The position numbers and the translations under genes were made by a program. A stretch of 64,000 bases of DNA from Eledone cirrhosa (lineage: Eukaryota). This document shows, piece after piece, positions 57,773 to 64,000 of the stretch. Below the pieces are notes generated by a model. The model did no database searches. It saw only the letters and a program-made list of their open reading frames with translations, and was not told the origin of the DNA. The stretch covers positions 1,736,001 to 1,800,000 of the forward strand of contig OZ024766.1 of NCBI GenBank assembly GCA_964016885.1. The letters are read 5' to 3'. Position 1 is the first letter of the stretch; every line of letters starts with the position of its first letter.

Positions 57773-59937
57773 TACCACACCACACCACACTACACCACAC
57801 CGCACCACACTACACAACACTACACCACACTACACAACACCACACTACACGACACTAGACCACACAACACTACACCACACTACACCACACCACACTACAC
57901 CACACTACACCACACCACACCACACCACACTACACAACACTACACCACACTACACCACACTACACAACACCACACTACACCACACTAGACCACACAACAC
58001 TACACCGCACCACACTACACAACACTACACCACACTACACAACACCACACTACACGACACTAGACCACACAACACCACACCACACTACACCACACCACAC
58101 CACACCACACCACACTACACAACACTACACCACACTACACAACACCACACTACACCACACTAGACCACACAACACTACACCACACTACACCACACCACAC
58201 CACACCACACCACACAACACTACACCACACTACACAACACCACACTACACCACACTAGACCACACAACACTACACCGCACTACACCACACCACACCACAC
58301 TACACTACACTACACTACACTACACTACACTACACTACACTACACTACACTACACTACACTACACTACACTACACTACACTACACTACACTACACTACAC
58401 TACACTACACTACACTACACTACACTACACTACACCACACCACACCACACTACACTACACTACACTACACTACACTACACCACACTACACAACACTACAC
58501 AACACCACACTACACCACACTAGACCACACAACACTACACCACACTACACCACACCACACCACACCACACTACACAACACTACACCACACTACACAACAC
58601 CACACTACACGACACTAGACCACACAACACTACACCGCACCACACTACACAACACTACACCACACTACACAACACCACACTACACGACACTAGACCACAC
58701 AACACCACACCACACTACACCACACTACACAACACCACACTACACGACACTAGACCTCACAACACTACACCGCACTACACCACACCACACTACACAACAC
58801 TACACCACACTACACCACACCACACTACACAACACTACACCACACTACACCACACTACACAACACCACACTACACCACACTAGACCACACAACACTACAC
58901 CGCACCACACTACACAACACTACACCACACTACACAACACCACACTACACGACACTAGACCACACAACACCACACCACACTACACCACACCACACCACAC
59001 CACACCACACTACACAACACTACACCACACTACACAACACCACACTACACCACACTAGACCACACAACACTACACCACACTACACCACACCACACCACAC
59101 CACACCACACAACACTACACCACACTACACAACACCACACTACACCACACTAGACCACACAACACTACACCGCACTACACCACACCACACTACACTACAC
59201 TACACTACACTACACTACACTACACTACACTACACTACACTACACTACACTACACTACACTACACTACACTACACTACACTACACTACACTACACTACAC
59301 TACACTACACTACACTACACTACACCACACCACACTACACTACACTACACTACACTACACTACACTACACCACACTACACAACACTACACAACACCACAC
59401 TACACCACACTAGACCACACAACACTACACCACACTACACCACACCACACCACACCACACTACACAACACTACACCACACTACACAACACCACACTACAC
59501 GACACTAGACCACACAACACTACACCGCACCACACTACACAACACTACACCGCACCACACTACACGACACCACACTACACCACACCACACCACACTACAC
59601 AACACTACACCACACTACACAACACCACACTACACGACACTAGACCTCACAACACTACACCGCACCACACCACACTACACCACACCACACCACACCACAC
59701 TACACAACACTACACCACACTAGACCACACAACACTACACCGCACAACACTACACCACACTACACCACACCACACCACACCACACTACACAACACTACAC
59801 CACACTACACAACACCACACTACACCACACTAGACCACACAACACTACACCGCACTACACAACACTACACCACACTACACGACACGACACCACACTAGAC
59901 CGCACTACACGAGACCACACTACACCACACCAGACCA
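57773..59937. repeat. Pentanucleotide satellite (CACTA/CACCA/CACAA variants) with an internal duplication of about 0.9 kb
   Basis: Strict 5-bp phase; two pure (TACAC)n blocks near 58300 and 59190 have matching flanking variant patterns. Confidence 0.92.
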
Positions 59938-60310
59938 CCCCACTCTACACCACTCAGCAGAGCTATTTGTACAGGTGCACCATCTGCAGTGAATACTAAC
60001 AGCTGGGTATCCCATATTTGATGTTTACAAAGGATTTCTGGATGAGTTCACAATAAAATTAATTGGTTTTGTTGAGCAGATCGATAACCCCCCCTCCCTT
60101 CGCCTACACACACCTACACACACCTACACACACACATATGCACAGACACTTGTACACATATGTACTCATACACACACATACTCAAATCTTATTGGCATGT
60201 CTTTATTCTAGGGTGGTTTTATAATCAAATCTAATAAATATGGTTGCATTCCACTGTGGTTCTATACACAAGGATGTAATTTATTCCATTTTTTTACTGT
60301 TAAAAGGAAG

Positions 60311-60545
60311 GGTGGTTTTATACTCAAATCTTATTGGCATGACATTATTCTGTGGTGGTTTTATACTCAAATCTTATTGGCATGACATTATTCTGTGGTG
60401 GTTTTATACTCAAATCTTATTGGCATGACATTATTCTGTGGTGGTTTTATACTCAAATCTTATTGGCATGGCATTATTCTGTGGTGGTTTTATACTCAAA
60501 TCTTATTGGCATGGCATTATTCTGTGGTGGTTTTATACTCGAATT
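60311..60545. repeat. 43-bp tandem array (about 5.4 copies) just upstream of the host exon acceptor
   Basis: Unit ggtggttttatactcaaatcttattggcatgacattattctgt. Confidence 0.92.
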
Positions 60546-60655
60546 ATATTATAAATAGGGGTGTAATTTATTCCATATTTTCTTTATAGCTTTAGAATGA
60601 AGGGTGGTATTATACTCGAATAATTTATTAATTATCCTTTTCTTTATTCTTCCAG

Positions 60656-60776
60656 GCCCTAGATATACCAGAACTGGAATCTGAGGAACCTTTAAATAGG
60701 GCTGAACAGGATCTCCTTAAAGTTCCGACTCCCGTGAAGAGTACAAACCCATCGAATACCAACACATTGGCACAAT
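60656..60776 (+). CDS. Internal coding exon of the host gene (ALDIPELESEEPLNRAEQDLLKVPTPVKSTNPSNTNTLAQ+1 nt)
   Basis: Strong polypyrimidine acceptor ccttttctttattcttccag|G and donor CAAT|gtaaga. 121 nt, open in phase 0 (matches the end of exon 96..196), exits phase 1. Confidence 0.75.
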
Positions 60777-61308
60777 GTAAGAAACTGTTGTTATTGTGGT
60801 GGTTGTGTGGTGTTGTGGTGGTGGTGGTGGTGGTGGTGGTGTGGTGGTGGTGGTGGTTGTAGTGGTGGTGGTTGTGTGGTGTTGTGGTGGTGGTGGTTGT
60901 GGTGGTGGTGGTGGTTGTATGGTGGTAGTGGTGGTGGTGGTGGTTGTGTGGTGGTGGTGGTTGTAGTGGTGGTGGTGGTGGTGGTGGTTGTAGTGGTGTG
61001 GTGGTGGTGGTGGCGTGGTGGTGGTGGTGGTTGTATGGTGGTAGTGGTGGTGGTGGTGGTTGTGTGGAGGTAGTGGTGGTGGTGGTGGTTGTAGTGGTGG
61101 TGGTGGTGGTGGTGGTGGTGGTGGTGGTGGTTGTGTGGTAGTGGTGGTGGCGTGGTGGTGGTTGTGTGGTGTTGTGGTGGTGGTGGTGGTGGTGTGGTGG
61201 TGGTGGACCCAACACTCAACTGTGCTGATGGTTCAATTCCAATGTTTGGCAGCCAAAACTGTAATTGAACCATCAGCACAGTTGAGGCATGTCAGACATC
61301 AATTTATA

Positions 61309-61370
61309 TATTTTATCTGATGAGGACGTACTGATGAAACAGCTCAGTACCTCTGAAATATATATATATA
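61309..61370 (+). ncRNA. Hammerhead motif, 3' side running into (TA)n
   Basis: TATTTTAT-CTGATGA-[GGACGTACTGA..TCAGTACCTCT]-GAA-ATATATAT-A. Confidence 0.6.
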
Positions 61371-61380
61371 TATATATATA

Positions 61381-61566
61381 ACGAAGGAAATGTGGTAAGG
61401 AACCAGGTGGACCATAACGCACCAAAGTACTCAATACTTAGGGTAGTAGAGTGGGCAATAGGAACAAGTAAGACCCCGACGGCAGAGCTCAAGCCGTTTC
61501 GAAGGCTAATTCCAGAATTAGCCTTCGAAACGGCTTGAGCTCTGCCGTCGGGGTCTTACTTGTTCC

Positions 61567-61569
<3 letters not shown>
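61381..61569. mobile_element. Penelope pLTR-like foldback element (perfect 55-bp arms, 61458-61569). Relatives at 46804-46991, 14505-14700, 27400-27523 and 32928-32985
   Basis: Shared body ..ggaaccaggtggaccataacgcaccaaagtactcaatacttagggtagtagagtggg.. ends in an inverted duplication containing GAAAC-GGCTTGAGCTC(A/T)GCC-GTC. Confidence 0.6.
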
Positions 61570-61612
<43 letters not shown>

Positions 61613-61692
61613 CGCATGTTTTTTTTAAAATGCCCCTGGTAAGGGGGTAAGGAGGAGGAGGAGTATTCAAGCTGTACCTGTCTCTGTTACAG

Positions 61693-61802
61693 CCCTGAAA
61701 GCTGTGTTCAGTGAAAGGACCCTGTTCCCTAAATATGTCATTGAGACTGAGCAGAGAATGAAGTTACAACACCAGCAAATACTACAGGGGAGTGTAGTCA
61801 AC
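61693..61802 (+). CDS. Internal coding exon of the host gene (S-LKAVFSERTLFPKYVIETEQRMKLQHQQILQGSVVN)
   Basis: Acceptor ctgtctctgttacag|C and donor AAC|gtaaga. 110 nt; T+CC completes Ser with the preceding exon and the frame stays open. Confidence 0.75.
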
Positions 61803-61823
61803 GTAAGAACTTTACTCTTTGTG

Positions 61824-63335
61824 TCGTCATCATCATCATCATCACCGTTTTACGTCCGTTCTTCCACGCTAGCATGGGTTAGACGGGTTGTCCTGTTGTG
61901 GGCAGTGTCTGGTTGGCTGACCATGCCTTGCTCATACAGGAACTGATCTGGCTTGATTTCTACAGCTGGATGCCCTTCCTAACACCAACCTCATTTACAG
62001 TGTGGGCTGGGTGCTTTTTTTTCCGTGGCACCTACACGTCCACTTTACAGTGTGGGCTGAGTGCTTTTTCGTGGCACCTACACGTCCACTTTACAGTGTG
62101 GGCTGGGTGCTTTTTTGTGATGCCTACACATCCACTTTACAGTGTGGGCTGGGTGCTTTTTTGTGGTGCCTACACGTCCACTTTACAGTGTGGGCTGGGT
62201 GCTTTTTTGTGGCACCTACACGTCCACTTTACAGTGTGGGCTGGGTGCTTTTTTGTGGTGCCTACACGTCCACTTTACAGTGTGGGCTGGGTGCTTTTTT
62301 GTTGTGCATACACGTCCACTTTACAGTGTGGGCTGGGTGCTTTTTTGTGGTGCATACACGTCCACTTTACAGTGTGGGCTGAGTGCTTTTTTGTGGCACC
62401 TACACGTCCACTTTACAGTGTGGGCTGGGTGCTTTTTTGTGGTGCCTACACGTCCACTTTACAGTGTGGGCTGGGTGCTTTTTTGTGGCACCTACACGTC
62501 CACTTTACAGTGTGGGCTGGGTGCTTTTTTGTGGTGCCTACACGTCCACTTTACAGTGTGGGCTGGGTGCTTTTTTGTGGCACCTACACGTCCACTTTAC
62601 AGTGTGGGCTGGGTGCTTTTTTGTGGTGCCTACACGTCCACTTTACAGTGTGGGCTGGGTGCTTTTTTGTTGTGCATACACGTCCACTTTACAGTGTGGG
62701 CTGGGTGCTTTTTTGTGGTGCCTACACGTCCACTTTACAGTGTGGGCTGAGTGCTTTTTCGTGGCACCTACACGTCCACTTTACAGTGTGGGCTGGGTGC
62801 TTTTTTGTGATGCCTACACATCCACTTTACAGTGTGGGCTGGGTGCTTTTTTGTGGTGCCTACACGTCCACTTTACAGTGTGGGCTGGGTGCTTTTTTGT
62901 GGCACCTACACGTCCACTTTACAGTGTGGGCTGGGTGCTTTTTTGTGGTGCCTACACGTCCACTTTACAGTGTGGGCTGGGTGCTTTTTTGTTGTGCATA
63001 CACGTCCACTTTACAGTGTGGGCTGGGTGCTTTTTTGTGGTGCATACACGTCCACTTTACAGTGTGGGCTGGGTGCTTTTTTGTGGTGCCTACACGTCCA
63101 CTTTACAGTGTGGGCTGGGTGCTTTTTTGTGGTGCATACACGTCCACTTTACAGTGTGGGTTGGGTGCTTTTTTGCCGTGACACCTCCATGACCACCTTG
63201 CGGTGGGGGGTGTGGGGGCATATTGTCTATATGCTTCAGCTTGTACCCATGGGGGGTCGGGTACTCTGTATTACTGCGTGACGCCAGAGGTCACGGTCGT
63301 GTGTCATCGCCTTTGAGAGGTGTAATTGGGTAATT
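61824..63335 (-). mobile_element. RTE LINE 3' fragment with a 46-bp array (about 26 copies, 61994-63190)
   Basis: Unit tttacagtgtgggctgggtgcttttttgtggtgcctacacgtccac, contiguous with an RTE ORF end at 63250-63335 that is homologous to 780-860. Confidence 0.9.
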
Positions 63336-64000
63336 ACATCATCATCATTATTATTATTATTATTGGCAGTATCGGTAGAGGGTCGGACGCCACGCTTTGA
63401 CGCATAGAGTTACGGCCCTTGCCATTCTGAGTTCAAATCCCGCCGAGGTTAACTTTGCCTTTTATTCTTTTACGGGGTCGATAAAATAAAGTACCAGTGA
63501 TACACTGGGGTAATTGCTGGCCTTGTGCCAACAGTAGAAACAACTATTATTATTATCATTTTTTTTTTTTTTTCGGCAGTTTTGGTAGAGGGTCGGACGC
63601 CGTGCTTAGCAGCATAGAGTTACGGCCCTTTACGGTCTGAGTTCAAATCCCGCTTTTCATCCTTTCGTTCTATAGTAAAATAATTGTTTCTACTGTTGGC
63701 ACAAGGCCAGCAATTACCCCAGTGTATTACTGGTACTTTATTTTATCAACCCCGTAAAAGAATAAAAGGCAAAGTTAACCTCGGCGGGATTTGAACTCGA
63801 CCATAAAGGGACGTAACTCTTTGCTATTATATATATAATTTTTTTAAATTTAAAAAAAAAATTTTTTTAATTTTTAAAAAATTTTTTTTAAATTTTTATT
63901 TTAATTTCAATAATTTTTTATTTCTTTAAAAATTACTTATCTCTTAAAAAATTATTTAAAAAAAAATTTTTTTCAATTTTTAAAAAATTTTTTTTAAATT

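Noticed and set aside
57773-59937. Telomere-like or CACTA-transposon interpretation of (CACTA)n
   Set aside because: Not TTAGGG or TTAGG; a degenerate pentamer satellite with no TIR or TSD structure.
61994-63190. CRISPR-like appearance of the regular arrays (also 10727-11016, 14855-15746, 26474-27094)
   Set aside because: Head-to-tail units with no unique spacers, no cas genes, and a eukaryotic TE origin.
63826-64000. A/T-run-rich tail of the window
   Set aside because: Low complexity and possibly low-quality sequence; no interpretable structure.

Overview
Eukaryotic, AT-rich, microsatellite-saturated genomic DNA. The tRNA-SINE and RTE/CR1 LINE repertoire looks like an octopod cephalopod (inference). 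One clear gene is present: an intronless 703-aa GT31 beta-1,3-galactosyltransferase-like ORF (6952..9063, minus) with a long Asn/Gln-rich stem. It appears nested antisense inside a ~60.5-kb intron of an unidentified plus-strand gene, whose three phase-compatible exons lie at 96..196, 60656..60776 and 61693..61802. The rest is SINEs, LINE fragments, a TTAA-flanked MITE, microsatellites and many minisatellite arrays grown out of retroelement pieces. The most striking hidden signal is a dispersed set of minimal type-I hammerhead ribozyme motifs: 14 copies of one AT-rich family plus several unrelated ones. Their stem III is a self-complementary 8-mer that covaries between copies (ATGCGCAT / ATACGTAT / ATATATAT / ATATGTAT; ACAGCTGT in another family). 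They sit in Penelope-like pLTR-type inverted or tandem repeats. Nearly all other ORFs in the track are repeat artefacts.
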